This document shows positions 47,658-61,049 of a stretch of 64,000 bases of DNA, piece by piece. The position numbers were made by a program, and so were the translations under genes. Every line of letters starts with the position of its first letter. The first letter of the stretch is position 1. The DNA comes from Octopus sinensis. Lineage: Eukaryota. A model generated the notes under the pieces. The model was not told the DNA's origin. It worked only from the letters and a program-made list of their open reading frames with translations, and did not search any database. The DNA lies in the NCBI RefSeq assembly GCF_006345805.1, contig NC_042997.1, positions 203,236,001-203,300,000 on the forward strand, given 5' to 3'.

Positions 47658-48699
47658 GTGTATTATATATAATTATAACAAATTATGATATGTATATACG
47701 TGTTCAACAAGTACATTAACCACAGAAGATGTACACATAGCTGAACCATATTGAGTTATGAGACTTAACCAAAAGCAACTGAAGTATGTGTATTTTTATT
47801 GTTGCATCAAGGAGATTGGGATTGTCTAATCCTTGAGTATATTTGCAGCCCATACATAAATCAATATAAATCACATGTAATGATTTCATGAAAGCCAAGG
47901 TTTTGGGGGCATTTTTGCAACATCATTTGGAATATTATCACAGAGTCGTAACAGTATTAGATGGTTGACATCAATGCTTCACTGTAGCTTCTAAAGCCAA
48001 GATTTTTTTTCACTCTTTCATGAATGTATTTCCTATAAGTAAATTGGCAATGTTTTTCTATAAATTTCCAATATAATGAAAATTTCAGAAAGTTTTGTCT
48101 AATAACTGCAACTTTATACATCCTTAAATATTATGCCGGTATTGACAAATTGAAGTTTCACAATATTATTTATGTTAAGCGATATTAATATAAATACGAG
48201 CACTTTGTTATGGTCTCAAGCAGGTTGGTTTTAAAAGGATTAAATAGCCAATATTGGGCTCTCTGAGCTCAAATCATGCCAACGTCAACTTTGCCTTTCA
48301 TCCTTTCAGAGTCAATAAAAAAAATAAAGGCAGTAATCAAACTGGCAGATTGGCAAAACTGTAGGAATGATCAGATACATTGCAGTGTCACTCCCAACAC
48401 TTTGTATTTTGAGTTCAAATCCTACCATAGACTTAATCCACCACCCAATTTAACACCAGCACCTGGCACTTTGGATGTCTTTGGTGGAATCCACTATGTT
48501 GCAGGCATTTGGGCCATGTCTTTGGTCTAAAGATACCTTCCGTCCTACCTCCTTCCCTCTCATTCACCAATCTCAGTGACCCCAACAAGGATCATGGGGA
48601 CTACCCTTCACTTCCCCACAAAAAGATTATAAAAAGGAAGTGGGGGACACAGGGCTATGCACCATTTTGTTATCTTGGAAGATGGTGAGAATAGCTTAA

Positions 48700-48927
48700 C
48701 CCTTTTGTTACCATATTTCAGTTGAAATATGCTGCCTTTATTGCGGTTAATTTTGAAAATATGAAAGAAGTTATGAAAATAACCCATTAATATGCAGGTA
48801 TTTGGAAAATAAAGTAGCATGGAATTTTTATGCAAGTGGTTTTTTTTTTATTTGGATCACTTTAAAACAAGAAGTTTGTACTGTGGATCAAAATTCCCAA
48901 GCAGGTTAGTATAAAAACTAAAAAGGG
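48700..48927. mobile_element. TTAA MITE family P2
   Basis: TTAA|CCCTTTTGTTACC ... AAAAGGG|TCAA. Confidence 0.8.
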
Positions 48928-49874
48928 TCAAGTAAAATGGATTCCACACAGCCTGAAGATGGGCTGTATGTGATTGTGTCTGCTCAACTTGCTGGAAATA
49001 AATCAAATATCCCACACATCACATATTACCATCTTAAATACAGAAAGAAAAAAAAGAACATGACAGCAGTGACATGGCTGAAACGAGTAAAAAAAATGAA
49101 ACACAGTCTGAGGAACAATATTCCTCCAAAAAAACTCCTGGATGGTCATGGCATAAACGAACTCAAGCAGGGTTAACTTGGGGTTAAACAACAACATGAA
49201 CACCATAAACAACAATATGAAAACCATATAACCATCAGATTTTTCTTTAACTCACTACAAAATTAAATCAGATAGGGAGAGGAACAAAATTGCTGAAATT
49301 ATAAAAACATTAGTTAGTCTTTTTAATTGCATCTGTCTTCTACTGATACTTGAGATCAATAAATTAGAACCATTATTCAAAATAGTAACTCCAAATACAT
49401 TGATTATTACTGTAATCAATCCATATAAATTTTATTTTTGTTTCAATACACATATTACATAATATGTAATGCATGGCCAGCCAAATAACTATTACACCTT
49501 TTGGGTTTGAAAACCATACAAGTGGATTATCACGCCCCATTAGGAGGTGATAGAGTAATGATAATGATATTAGGAAAGATACTATTTTAGTATCATCATC
49601 ATCACCATCAGGCTATAAAATCTATTTTCATATAAATGTGTAGAAATTATTCATGAACTTGACAAATATAAAAAATTTCTAAATCTAAACAAAATATTCC
49701 CCTGGCATTTGCAACAATCAATTTCTAAAATTACATGCTTGCTGAACCCTTCACTGTAGTGAGAAAGAAGAAGTGAGAAAAATATTTATTTGAAAGCAGG
49801 ATTCTATATTATTTCTGAATTCTGAAATAGGAAATCATTCAGTTCCCTTGTATTATATATTGTGATCGTTAGTG

Positions 49875-50015
49875 AACGTTTGAAGGCCTAGTGGTTAGCG
49901 TGTTAGGCCTGTGATCATTAATCTGATTCCTGGATAGGGAATCATGTGCCCTTGAGCAAGGCACATAATTCCTCATTGCTCCAGTTTCATTAAATGAAAT
50001 GAGTACCTGCAAAGT
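49875..50015 (+). mobile_element. SINE family A 5' fragment
   Basis: GGCCTAGTGGTTAGCG..CCCTTGAGCAAGGCAC..TTGCTCCAG..ATGAGTACCTGC. Confidence 0.65.
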
Positions 50016-50304
50016 ACTGGTACAAACTCTCTCTTCTTTTCCACGGGGTCAAAAGGTTGGGAGGGCCAAGAGTGTGTCTATGTCTGTTCACAACATTAAA
50101 GAATTAGTGAAACCATGGTACATAGTTACTAAACTTTCTTTTCTGAGTGTGAGTCATATACGGATTACAATTCAGAAAAGTAAATAAAGATAAATTTGTG
50201 TCATTCAAAAGCATAAAAATCTCTAATAATCATATTCTAGTCATCTGATAAAATAATATAAAGTGAGTTCTCATACAAGATTTATATTTTATTATGTTAG
50301 AGTA

Positions 50305-50470
50305 AAGCTAGACATGACCATGTAGTTAAGAAGATCACTTTCCAATCACACAATTTCAGGTTCAATCTCACTGCGGCACACATTGGAAAAGTGTCTTCAA
50401 CCATAGACCTAGGCCAACCAATACCTTGAGAAAGAACCAAGTAGGCGAAACAGTATGGAAATGTGTGCAT
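50305..50470 (+). mobile_element. SINE family B head, decayed
   Basis: CATGACCATGTAGTTAAGAAG..CAGGTTCAATCTC..AAGTGTCTTC. Confidence 0.65.
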
Positions 50471-50769
50471 TTGTGTGGTGCTTTACATGAGAAACAGCAA
50501 CAAGCTACAAATGGTGTTTGATGACATTTTCTATCAAGAAGTCATTTACTTGCTCTACACTTTCAGAAATGAGAGGAATGAGAAGTCCCTTACTTGGAAA
50601 ACAACAGAAGGATGGATCAGCAACAGAAAGGGTATGTGGCTGCAAAACAATGTCTCAGTAATCACATGACTGTCAGCATGGGGCAGAGGGGAAATGGACA
50701 CAAATGAAGGAACAAGTCTAACATAGCACACCATAAAGTAACAGATTAAAATGAGGTGAATACACTCAC

Positions 50770-50795
50770 CAAAATTTATTCTCATCAATAGCATT
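50770..50795 (-). other. Candidate 26-nt microexon
   Basis: Minus strand TTAATACTTTTACAG|AATGCTATTGATGAGAATAAATTTTG|GTGAGT; two open frames (NAIDENKF or MLLMRINF). Confidence 0.35.
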
Positions 50796-51473
50796 CTGTA
50801 AAAGTATTAACCCATTAATAAAACAAATCTAATTGAATCCGATAAGACGAGAAATATATCTTAATTAGCTCAATAGTAATCCCCATAGTGCTACTACTAG
50901 ACTAATTAGCTGTCAAGTAATCCCCATGGTGCCTGTGCCAGTCCACACTTAGTATTCAAGTAGATACCTAGTGATAGGACTAAGGAGTTTGCAGGACTGA
51001 GCTAGTCAATATACAAAGTTTTGTATTACATTTCTGGCATTATACGTGATCAAATAGGGTGTTTAAGATGACATTCACTGCTATGGTACTTCATATCACG
51101 TATCTTTAGCAACAATTTAGTGTTAATAGATTATGTATGCTAATACTACATAAACTAGCTAATGCAATTATTTAGATGTTTAGAATAAGACATGTATACA
51201 CACACACACACACACACAGGTATATACATACCATCAATAGCCAAATAATAGATATATATTATTTGAGAGCAGAATAAAACAGGAGATTTTATATGTCTTT
51301 TTATTATAACATCATAAATTATAAAAACTCTATTAATTTTCAAAAGAGAATGGAAAGACAAATTAGGTCAAGTAACTGATTGGATATACATGGAATGCTA
51401 AGAATCATTGGTTAATTGCTATGCTATATCATTCAAAATAGCAGTTCATATATCTATGTATGTATAAAATTGG

Positions 51474-51790
51474 TGCTCCATTGGTTATGACAAGGGTTCC
51501 AGTTAATCCGATCAATAGAACAGCCTGCTCATGGAATTAATGTACAAGTGGTTGAGCACTCTACAGACATGCTTACTCTAAACATAGTTGTCAAGGAGAT
51601 TCAGTGTAATGTAGAATGCAACAAAGCTGACCCTCTGAATTGCAAGTACAACTCATTTTTACTAGCTGAGTGGATTGGAGCAACATGAAATAAAGTGTCT
51701 TGTTCAAGGACACAATGCATCACCGGGAATCAAACTTACGACCTTATGATCTTGAGCCAAATACCTCTAACCACTAAGTCACACACTTTC
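51474..51790 (-). mobile_element. Full-length SINE family A
   Basis: Reverse complement of the 28597-28906 element over its full length. Confidence 0.85.
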
Positions 51791-52829
51791 ACTTCTCTGT
51801 GTGTATGTGTGTGTGCGCGCACATGCATATGAAAATATATATTATATAGATACACACACACATATACAGAATATCTATGAAGTAGACAAATTAATTTTGG
51901 CTAAAACACAATTACTCTTCATGCATCAACCATACAACAGATGGAATTATTAGGCCTGCTCTTTCAACCAATGAAAATATACCAATCTCCAAACATCCTT
52001 TTGAAATAGAAAACCATATTGTTGAAGAGGAAATACTTTAAGAGAGGAAATATTATTTAAGTCAAAATGTGGTTCACTGAATAGCAGAATGACATTAATA
52101 ATTTGTTCTACTGAAACAAACAGGAATTGGTCAAAGTATGAAAGTTAACTCACTAACATTAACTACCCAGCACTCATTCAGGTGATTCTAATTAATAAAA
52201 AAAAAAAAAAAGAGGAGTGGGGGATATCTCCCACTGACATTAATACATTGTAAAAACAACCATTTTCCAAATAAACCTTTGCCTTCCTGTCTTGTTATAT
52301 TTTCAGTTAGTTTTGTTTCAGAACAGTTAAAACATTTGGCCCCCAAATACGTGGTAACACACTATTAAATAAGCATTTTATTCCAGATTAGGTCGGAGGA
52401 AACTAAAAGAGCAGAAGTAATTGCCAGAGATCATGCAGTTGAAGTTCAGTTTCTGCTTGATAAAATTTAATCCAAACCATACAAATATTTCATAGCCAAT
52501 TGATTCTTGCTGATAGATTCATTCAATAAATACACCATTAAACAGCAGACATTTATGACAAATGCAGTTTTGAAAAGAAATACAGATTTATTGATGAGAG
52601 AATTGCATTGTTATGAAACAAACATTCAGTCTACATAGTAAGATCATGTTTATTCCACCTACACACTGCTTCATCAAGCATTTTCACCCCCACATCTCAT
52701 TCCCTTTCACTCACCACTTGTCTATCTATGGAACTATTTGGCTGCTGTAGTCACGGCAGCCAAATAGAAAACTAGGCAAATAGAAACTGTATAGAAGTGT
52801 ACCAAAACAGATTGTAACCATAATTAAAA

Positions 52830-53330
52830 AAGCACAGCCTTGTCACAGAATGTCACATTGGTTATACATGAGAATTACATTAAGGATACATGTATTTTTG
52901 GAATACTCAGCCACTATTCCAAAAATATATTTGATGTATACATCAACCAATTGGAAGAAATGATGAATGAACTTGCAATTAAACAACTGAGATTGGTCAA
53001 TAGAGACAGGCCAATTCTCTTGCAAGACAATGCTCGACATGTTGCACAAAAACGCTACTCAAGTTACAGAAATTGAACTTAGTACTGTTATCCACCATAT
53101 TCATGAGACCTTGCATCATGTTTTTCAAGCATTAGACAACTTTCATGATTTCATCACTTCTTGCTCTCTAGAATTCTTCACTGCTGGCATAAATAAGCTA
53201 CCAATAAAAGGGCAAAATTGTGTTGATAATTTAGGCACACACTTTGATTAACTGCACTGCTTTTTGTTGAGATAAAGTAAAATAAACCAAGTTCAAAATC
53301 AGACATTTCATTCTTAATGACCACATATAT
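52830..53330 (+). pseudogene. Mariner (DD34D-type) transposase C-terminal remnant
   Basis: YINQLEEMMNELAIKQLRLVNRDRPILLQDNAR(P)HVAQ..HVFQALDNF..FFTAGINKLPIKGQNCVDNLGTHFD*, followed by a probable right TIR. Confidence 0.85.
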
Positions 53331-53633
53331 CGTATATACATGCATACATACATACATACACAACTATATATACACACAAGTACAATGAGAGATGTCTGCC
53401 ATGGTGTGGGTCCCACCACTTTTACAAAAAAAAATAATTACGGAAAACAAACTCTGTATTATATGTGGTAAATATAATTGTGTATAACAATGAGATGCCT
53501 AATACATATATCAATGAAGCCAACTTTCTATGTTCAGTAAATTTTGTGGTGCTTGAAGATATTGTAATATTTATAAGTATTACTAAGAGGTCCCCGACTT
53601 GGCTGTCCACAGCAAAATGAGTTACAGCAGGAG

Positions 53634-53664
<31 letters not shown>

Positions 53665-53666
<2 letters not shown>

Positions 53667-54046
53667 ATTTTAAGTTGGTTTTTCTATGCTAACATGGATT
53701 AAACAGATTATTGAAGCATTGTTTCCCTTCTCTCTCGTCAGTTAGCCTTTACCAGTTTTTCAAGTCAGAGATATCCTCAGAGGTACCAAAGCAAGCAGAT
53801 GACTCATTTGCAAGGGAAATGACAACAATGTCATAGCCTGTAGTTGAGCGATTTGGGGAGAAGAGCAGATGTACACCATACAAAGAAGAGACATACACAT
53901 GCATGCAGCAATGGTTATCTTGCAGTTTCTATCAACCAAGTCCATTTTGGCTTGAGGCTATAGAAAAAAACACCTGAGGTGTCACACAGTGAGACTGAAC
54001 CTGGAACCAAGTTGGAGAGAAGAATACATCTTAACCACACAGCTAC
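53665..54046 (-). mobile_element. SINE family B, old
   Basis: Head GTAGCTGTGTGGTTAAGATG on the minus strand with a decayed RTE-type tail. Confidence 0.65.
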
Positions 54047-55255
54047 TGAATTGCAGTTGGTTGTGAGAAAATAGGAATTTGTGACAGATTTTCAAAAAGC
54101 TATAAAGGAATGGTTAACTGGATCCAAGTTCCAATAATTAGGTAGATTACTTCTTATCATGAAAGAAAGACTTCCTTTACACAGAGTTGAAAGATGGACA
54201 TGTTAGTGCTCTAACAGCATTTTTTCGTTATGTTATTGCATTTAACAGCAATTCACCAAAGTGAAAAATGACCTTTCAGTGTTTGTAGAAAAAAATTAAT
54301 GTACAAAACTGTTCAGAATAGCAAATCTTAACTTGCCTATCACACAATGAACTGTATGTTTATAATGAAACATTGTCAGGGTGTCAGAATATATCAAAAG
54401 TGAAGCAGTCTTGAAATATAAAGAAATCACTAAAACCAATAAAAAAAAATTTAAAAAAGCAATGAATGAGATCATAGTTTTTGTTTGTTTATTTTATGAT
54501 GATGATGATTTTGTTTCCTAGGAAGTAATCCAAATGGTACTTTTTATAGCGATATATCAATCTAGATTGATGTCTGATATTTACTAATGGCCTTCGACAA
54601 GGCCATTTAATTTATTCTTAGTTCAATTGTGTAATTCTAAAATAGAATTTTGAACTTTTCTTCAATAGTTACAATTCAATGTAATTTATATATTTTAAGC
54701 ACAAATACATGACTAGATTAAGTGAGGAATCAAACTCAGTCACTTGTACACTATCCAAATTTTTTTGTCTCATAAAAACCTTTTCTAGTTTCAACCAAAT
54801 CATCTTCACACCAAGTACAGGGTCTCTTCTGAGAAGCATATGCAGGACTATATCCAAAATATGGTGAATCTGAAGAGGGAGTGTTATGAAGGATGTAACT
54901 GCACAGATTCTGAAGGGCCAGACATGTTGCAAGGCCCACAGACAACAAGTGGACCCATGCAAGTGTCAAGCAATGTACAAGAGATCAAAAGTGACCACTC
55001 AAAAGACTGCCAAGATGTTAGGAGGAAGACAATCAAGCAATTCAAGTCCAAACACAAGAGTTTTCAAATCTGATCTTGAATCTGTATAAAAGCAATAAAC
55101 TAGAACATGAAATAAACAGACAAAATTCCCAATTAGATTTCACATGCTTTTAATTGTTGTGGGACATAATGCAAATTATAAAATATATGCAAAGATTGAG
55201 ATCTTTAACTGAGAATTTGAAAGTTGAAAAAAGAAAAAAAAAAGTGCTAGTGTTG

Positions 55256-55293
<38 letters not shown>

Positions 55294-55513
55294 ACTAAAT
55301 ATCTCCTCATCAACATCAGTTTTGAATGTCCACTTTTCCATGCTTGCTTAGGTCAGATGAGATTCATTGAGGCAAAATTTCTGTGGCTAGATGCTCTTCT
55401 ACTTGCCAAAGATATTGCAAACAAATTTCACTGCTTTTACAACAGTGAAAGTTAGTGTGCAGCACTAAAACAAGAGGGAGACACACACAATGATAAGCTT
55501 TCCAGTTTCCATT

Positions 55514-56124
55514 TGGAAGGAACCTGCGGCAGATGTAGACCCAGGAAGACATGGGATGAGGCGGTGAAGAATGACCTTCAAACATTTGGCCTCACAGAGA
55601 CTGGGACCTTTGAAGATATGCTGTGTTTGATAAGACCTGGCAAATAAAGTGAGATCACAGACATGGCCAATGCCAGTGTTGCATAACTGGCCTATTTAAA
55701 AGTACCCTTGAAACGTCAGGCAATATGATGTGCTTGAGAAGACTTGTTGAGTCAAGTGAAATCAAAATCGTAGTTGTGACCAGTATTGCCTGACTGGTAC
55801 CTGTGCTGGTGGCACATAATGAGCACCAGTCAAGTGTGGATCGATGCCAGTGCCCCCTGACTAGCTCCCATGCTGGGAGCACATGAGCAGCACCATTCAA
55901 GTGTGGTTGATGCCAGTGCCTCCTGACTGGCTCCCATGCCGGTGGCACATAAAAAGCACCCACTACACTCTCGGAGTGGTTGGCATTAGGAAGAACATCC
56001 AGCTGTAGAAACCTTGCCAGATCAGATTGGAGCCTGGTGCAGCCTACTGGCTTGCCAGTCTTCAGTCAAACCATCCAACCTATGCTAGCATGGAAAGCAA
56101 ACATTAAATGAAGATGATGATGAT
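55514..56124 (+). mobile_element. RTE LINE 3' end: ORF C-terminus plus complete 3' UTR
   Basis: GTCGRCRPRKTWDEAVKNDLQTFGLTE..YAVFDKT (RGRP.KTW motif), three about 62-bp UTR subrepeats, GGAAGAACATCCAGCTGTAGAAAC, (GAT)n tail. Confidence 0.85.
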
Positions 56125-56689
56125 TTACAAAGATCACTCACAAGGCTTTGGCTGGCTTACCACTATAACAGAATGCATTTACCCAAAGTACCACACAATG
56201 GGACTGAATCTGAACCCATGTGACTACAAAGTGAACTTCATAACCACACAGCCCTCATTATACTGAGTTTAATTACTACTTTTGAAGAGACTCGGCTAAT
56301 AAATAAGATGAGACTAAAAATGTTGGTGATATAGAGGAAGCAATAAAAACAGTGTCAAGAGCACCATCATCAATTACAATGATAGTGACAACATAATAAA
56401 TAATTCAGTCAAAACACCTCCCAAACCACCATACCTGTCCACCATTAATAAAACTTGCAAAGAAACAAGATGAGATTTATCAAATTTGTCAATCTTTAAT
56501 ATATTCAAATTTTATTCTGCCGTTGCTGAACTGGCTGGAATCTCTTCTGTAATCCAGTTTGCATTGATTTTAAAGATCTTTTAATCATTTGAATTATATT
56601 TATCATGCCACCACAAAATACAGATTTTACTGTTTTTAAAAATGGTAATTTGGCTTGGTGGAATCTTGTCAGTGATCAGATCATAGACT

Positions 56690-57000
56690 ATCATTTGTTT
56701 TCATGCTGGAATGGGTTGGACAGTTCAATAGTAGCAAGTGAGCCAGAGAACTATCCCAAGCTCCAATGTCTGCTTTGGCATGGTTTCTACAGCTGAATAC
56801 CATTCCTAATGCCCAACTTTATAAAATGTCTATAGCACTGGCACCAGTGAGGTTACTAAGTACTACCAAGATTAGACCCCCCTCAACTGAGAGGGGAGGG
56901 GGTAATAGTGAGGTAGGTTGCTTTATGTCAGGTAATGAAAGGTTAAAGTATGATGGGATGGAAACAGGTGTCAGGTGGAAAAGAGACAGGAGAGAAGATG
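56690..57000 (-). mobile_element. RTE-tailed element
   Basis: CATCAT..TTTTCATGCTGGAATGGGTTGGAC..TTTCTACAGCTG; purine-rich counterpart of the CT-rich body at 14385. Confidence 0.7.
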
Positions 57001-57019
57001 CTTCCGGGGGATACCCTCA

Positions 57020-57500
57020 TGTACAACAAAATTTAACAGTACAGTATACAACAATGTTCCTCCAAGGAGATTCCATAAAAACGCTGATGTTCCACAAGGA
57101 GTGCCTTCAATGTAGAAGGCACAACTTTTCACTCACCTCAACCTTCTGCACCCAGGTGTCATCCACACTCAAAATACAAATATTTTTCAGTAGTCATGCC
57201 TCATTATGAATGAGCAATGGACTTCAGGACATTCTTCAATGGGCTAACATGATAACAGTGTGAAAACACAATCACCAGACCTAAAAAGCAAAACAACCCT
57301 TGTACCCCACTCTCTAATCATAACATCAAAAACCCTTAAAATTACTACTAATATTAGGGGTTACAATTTCTGATAACCTCTCGCAGTAACTCCATGATTA
57401 AACTGAAACACAAAAGACTAGGATCCCTCTATAGGGTAAGAAAATTCTTCAGTCCCCAGTTGCTGATCCACATGAGAGTATTGCACACATATGTAAGAGA
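57020..57500 (+). pseudogene. CR1/Zenon-like reverse transcriptase remnant
   Basis: KNADVPQG (cf. AGVPQGS), LQDILQWAN, LGVTISDNLS, LGSLYRVRKFFSPQLL in the expected order. Confidence 0.65.
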
Positions 57501-58531
57501 GCTCATTACTGCTACTACATACAAATATTAATAACTACACTATACGCAAGTATATATGTGAGCATTTACATATGTAAGTGTGTAGACATGTCTGCGTATG
57601 TGTATGCATATGTAAACGTATGTTTATGTACTAATATGTGTGTCTGTTCATGTTGTATATATGACTGTTACTCTGTTGAAGGTTGTATGTATATATATTT
57701 ACTATAAAATTGTACTTTTTTGTTGTCAAATCAGTCTAATCGAAAGATTAGAGTTTCTTCCCTTTCAGGATGAAGTTAAATTCAGAACATTTTCACATTA
57801 TGCAGCATTTTGGGTATTTATACCCCAAACCCAAAAACATCCCAATAACTAATGCTCCAATTTATGTGAAACTCATTTCATTCTGTTCCTGTTAACATTT
57901 TAGGGTAAACTTAATTCATAGCATTTTCCCATTATACACCAGTTTGCCTGGGTAACATTGCAAGCAAGCAAGCAAGATTCAAACTGACTTTTAATGTATT
58001 ATAGATAGAGCAGCTCTAGGCAGCCCTTTGGCTTGTTGGATCCTGTTGAACAGTGTCACCATCATCATCATTTAATGTCCATCGGCTATGTTGGCATGAG
58101 TTACAATGACAAAGATGACAAAACTGATGATGAGGACGACAACAAAAATGATTTGCTAATCAGCACACTCCAGCACTCACAGTCAAGTTACTATTTCCCT
58201 TCATTTCTGCAACAACAACCTCTTCTCCTCTGATCCAGCCATCCGCAACCAGAATCCCACAACTCCCTTCCCACTCATCCTACTTACCATGTCTCACATT
58301 TCAGAGCCTACACAAAACATTTCACCCCTACTCCTTCAAGATCTGGCTTGTTTGAAAACATGGGTAAGTACAATCACTTCAAATCTTGAATCAATATAGT
58401 GACTGCCTAATTACAGCTTGTCAATGACCTCATACATCACTTAATATCTTTTATACTTCTATTAAAACTTTATACAATTTGTGTTAATATGCTGTGTAAG
58501 ATATCTGCCTTTACCTGCATTTTTCTTGCAG

Positions 58532-58557
58532 ACATTGACCGAAAGATATTCTCTTTA
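58532..58557 (+). other. Candidate 26-nt microexon (plus strand)
   Basis: TTTACCTGCATTTTTCTTGCAG|ACATTGACCGAAAGATATTCTCTTTA|GTAAGT; strong acceptor and donor, two open frames. Confidence 0.35.
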
Positions 58558-59049
58558 GTAAGTTGTAAACAAACATATAATGGCTGCAAGTCTAGAAGCA
58601 GCAAATGTAGAATAATGAGAAATAGATTAGGGAACAAACACATGAGCCAACAGTTATCTCAAGGTTTGTTATTGTAGCTAATACAAAAATATATTTGGAA
58701 AGAACAACCAAGATTATAATTACTAAATTAATTGGTGTACAGAAATCAAAAGCCTTTCAGCAAAATTGTTTTAAAAAATATAAGCAGAGTAACAGTATTT
58801 AACAATCTGTAATTTAAATCTAATTCAGATTCCAGCCAATATCAAACAAAATTCTTCATCTATCTTTTATTTATTCATCTATCAAATATGTCTTTTAATG
58901 ATTTTTTTAACTAAAAAATAAAAAGTCACACCACAATCAAAATTATCAATTGGAATATAATGGAATACTATTTCAAAGGCATAAAACCATCTAATTTAAT
59001 GAAGAAAAGAAAGCAAAAGACAAAAATTAAATTAAGAAGAGTTATCACT

Positions 59050-60120
59050 ATAATCATTTTATATCCACTTTTCCATGCTTGCATGGGTCAGACAGAAATT
59101 GTTGAGGGAGATTTTCTATGATCGGAGACCTTGTCTGTAGCCAACCCTATCCTGTTTCCAAGCCAGGTAATATTTTCCAATGGAGAACTGGAAACAAATA
59201 ACATAGCCTTATGATGATGATCATCATCATCATTTACAAGCATTACATGATATCAAGACAAGGGTACAAAGACACACACGTAAATGTGTGACAAGCTTCT
59301 TCTGGTCTTCATCCACAAAATCCACTCAAAAAGCTTTGGTCAGCTCAGGAATGTAGTAGAAGACACTCGCTCAAGGTATCACACAGTGGTACTGAACCAG
59401 AACCATGTGGTTGAAATGCTAACTTCTTACTACGCAAACATGCCTGTGATGGATTTTTCTTAGTTTCTCGCTATAAAATCTACTCCCAAGGATTTGGTCA
59501 GCCCAAGACTGTAGTAGAAAAGATTTGCCCATGGTGCCATGCACTGGGATTGGACCTAAGACCATGTGGTTGAGTCGCACATGTATAGACTTCATTTCGA
59601 CCTATATTCTAAAATGGAAATTTTACAGCTTTCAAAAAAGACTACCTTTACAAATAAAACTTTCTGATCAATAATCTTAATTACATTAGAATTCTCATCA
59701 TTATTGCTTCCATTTTTCCACGCTTGCTCTGGTCCTTTCCAACATATAAGTGCAGGCATGGCTGTGTGACTCAGAAGCTTGCTACCTAACCATGCAGTCT
59801 CAAGTTCAGTCCCCACTGCTTGGCACCTTGGGTAAGTGTCTCACCACAACCTCGAGTCGACCAAATCCCTGTAAGTGGATTTGGAAGACAGAAGCTGAAG
59901 GAAGACTGAATGTGTATGTGTACTCTTGTTTTGACATCACAATGTAACTGTAAATGAGTATCACCACCATATAAGAGATGTTTCTTTCTAGTCTTCAATG
60001 GAAAACATGCCTGGCCATGGGGTAATATTGCCTTGCTTGGAAAGAAGATTTGGTGAAAACCTGTTTCAACAAACTCTGTCTGATCCATGCAAGAATGGAA
60101 AGGCAAACATTAAACATTGG
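59050..60120. mobile_element. Cluster of SINE family B copies (-: 59050-59445, 59450-59585; +: 59750-60120)
   Basis: Direct similarity of heads and RTE-type tails to the other copies. Confidence 0.8.
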
Positions 60121-60761
60121 TATCAGAGCCAGGGGCAGTCTCAGGTGGGTCAATATCAAAAGGATTAATTCTATACTTGGCCAGTTAAAGGCCAGAGAGG
60201 GAAAAGACTGGCAAAAACAAATTCAGATACAACAGAAATGCAATGAGAACAAGGAACCAGTATTTTTGACCTTCCTTAGTTTCAGCCTGTTTCTAAGTAG
60301 CAACATTAAGATTTGTCTTTTATAACTATCGCTCACTTTATATTCCAATTCCAACAATATTAGTTCTAGTGGTAAATAACAAAGCAATTATCAGTACCCA
60401 CTCTCCTATTTAAAACTGGTAACCTGGCTGCTATCAATACTCCAGTCATCAGAACCATTTAATGTAAATCACACAAAATATCAATAACAGATCAATCAAG
60501 TTCACTATCAACATGTTCAACAGCATTTTAACCTGTCTGTAACCAGTTGATGTAGTTGTTGCAATAACCGTGCTACTGAGCAGATATTGACATTGGCATT
60601 TCTTTAATTTATCTAACTCCTCAGTGCACCATTTAACACAAGTGGTGTCTGTGTGCATGTGTGTGTAATGAGCAACACATGTCTATATATTAGTAAAAAA
60701 AGCAACAGAGGTTGCATGTGTGTATGTATTAACAGTTAGCAGTAGAGGTATGTATACATAT

Positions 60762-60985
60762 ATGTATCATTATCATCATGTAACATCCGTTGTCCATGCT
60801 GGCATGGGTTGGACAGTTTGACCAGAGCTAGCAAGCCAGAAAGCTGCTCCAGTCTGATTTGGCATGACTGCTATGGCTGGATGCCCTTCCTAATGCCAAC
60901 CACTTTACAGAGTGCGCTGGGTGGTTTTATGTGACACTGCATGGGCATTTTTACAAAGGTGCTTTTTATGTGACACCAGTAGGTC
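60762..60985 (-). mobile_element. RTE 3' UTR fragment
   Basis: CATCAT..TCCATGCTGGCATGGGTTGGAC..GGATGCCCTTCCTAATGCCAACCAC. Confidence 0.8.
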
Positions 60986-61049
60986 AATCCTCTCCTTTAG
61001 GGGTATCAGGCATCTTGGTCCTTTATTAGTAGTTTTAGTTTGAGAAATG

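Noticed and set aside
50865-50935. Small two-copy direct repeat (TAATTAGCT..AGTAATCCCCAT.GTGC); a similar one at 19548-19625
   Set aside because: Ordinary local tandem duplications.
54750-55080. Possible RTE-like ORF tail on the minus strand (RPCTWCEDDL)
   Set aside because: Similarity is limited to one loose motif; too weak to call.
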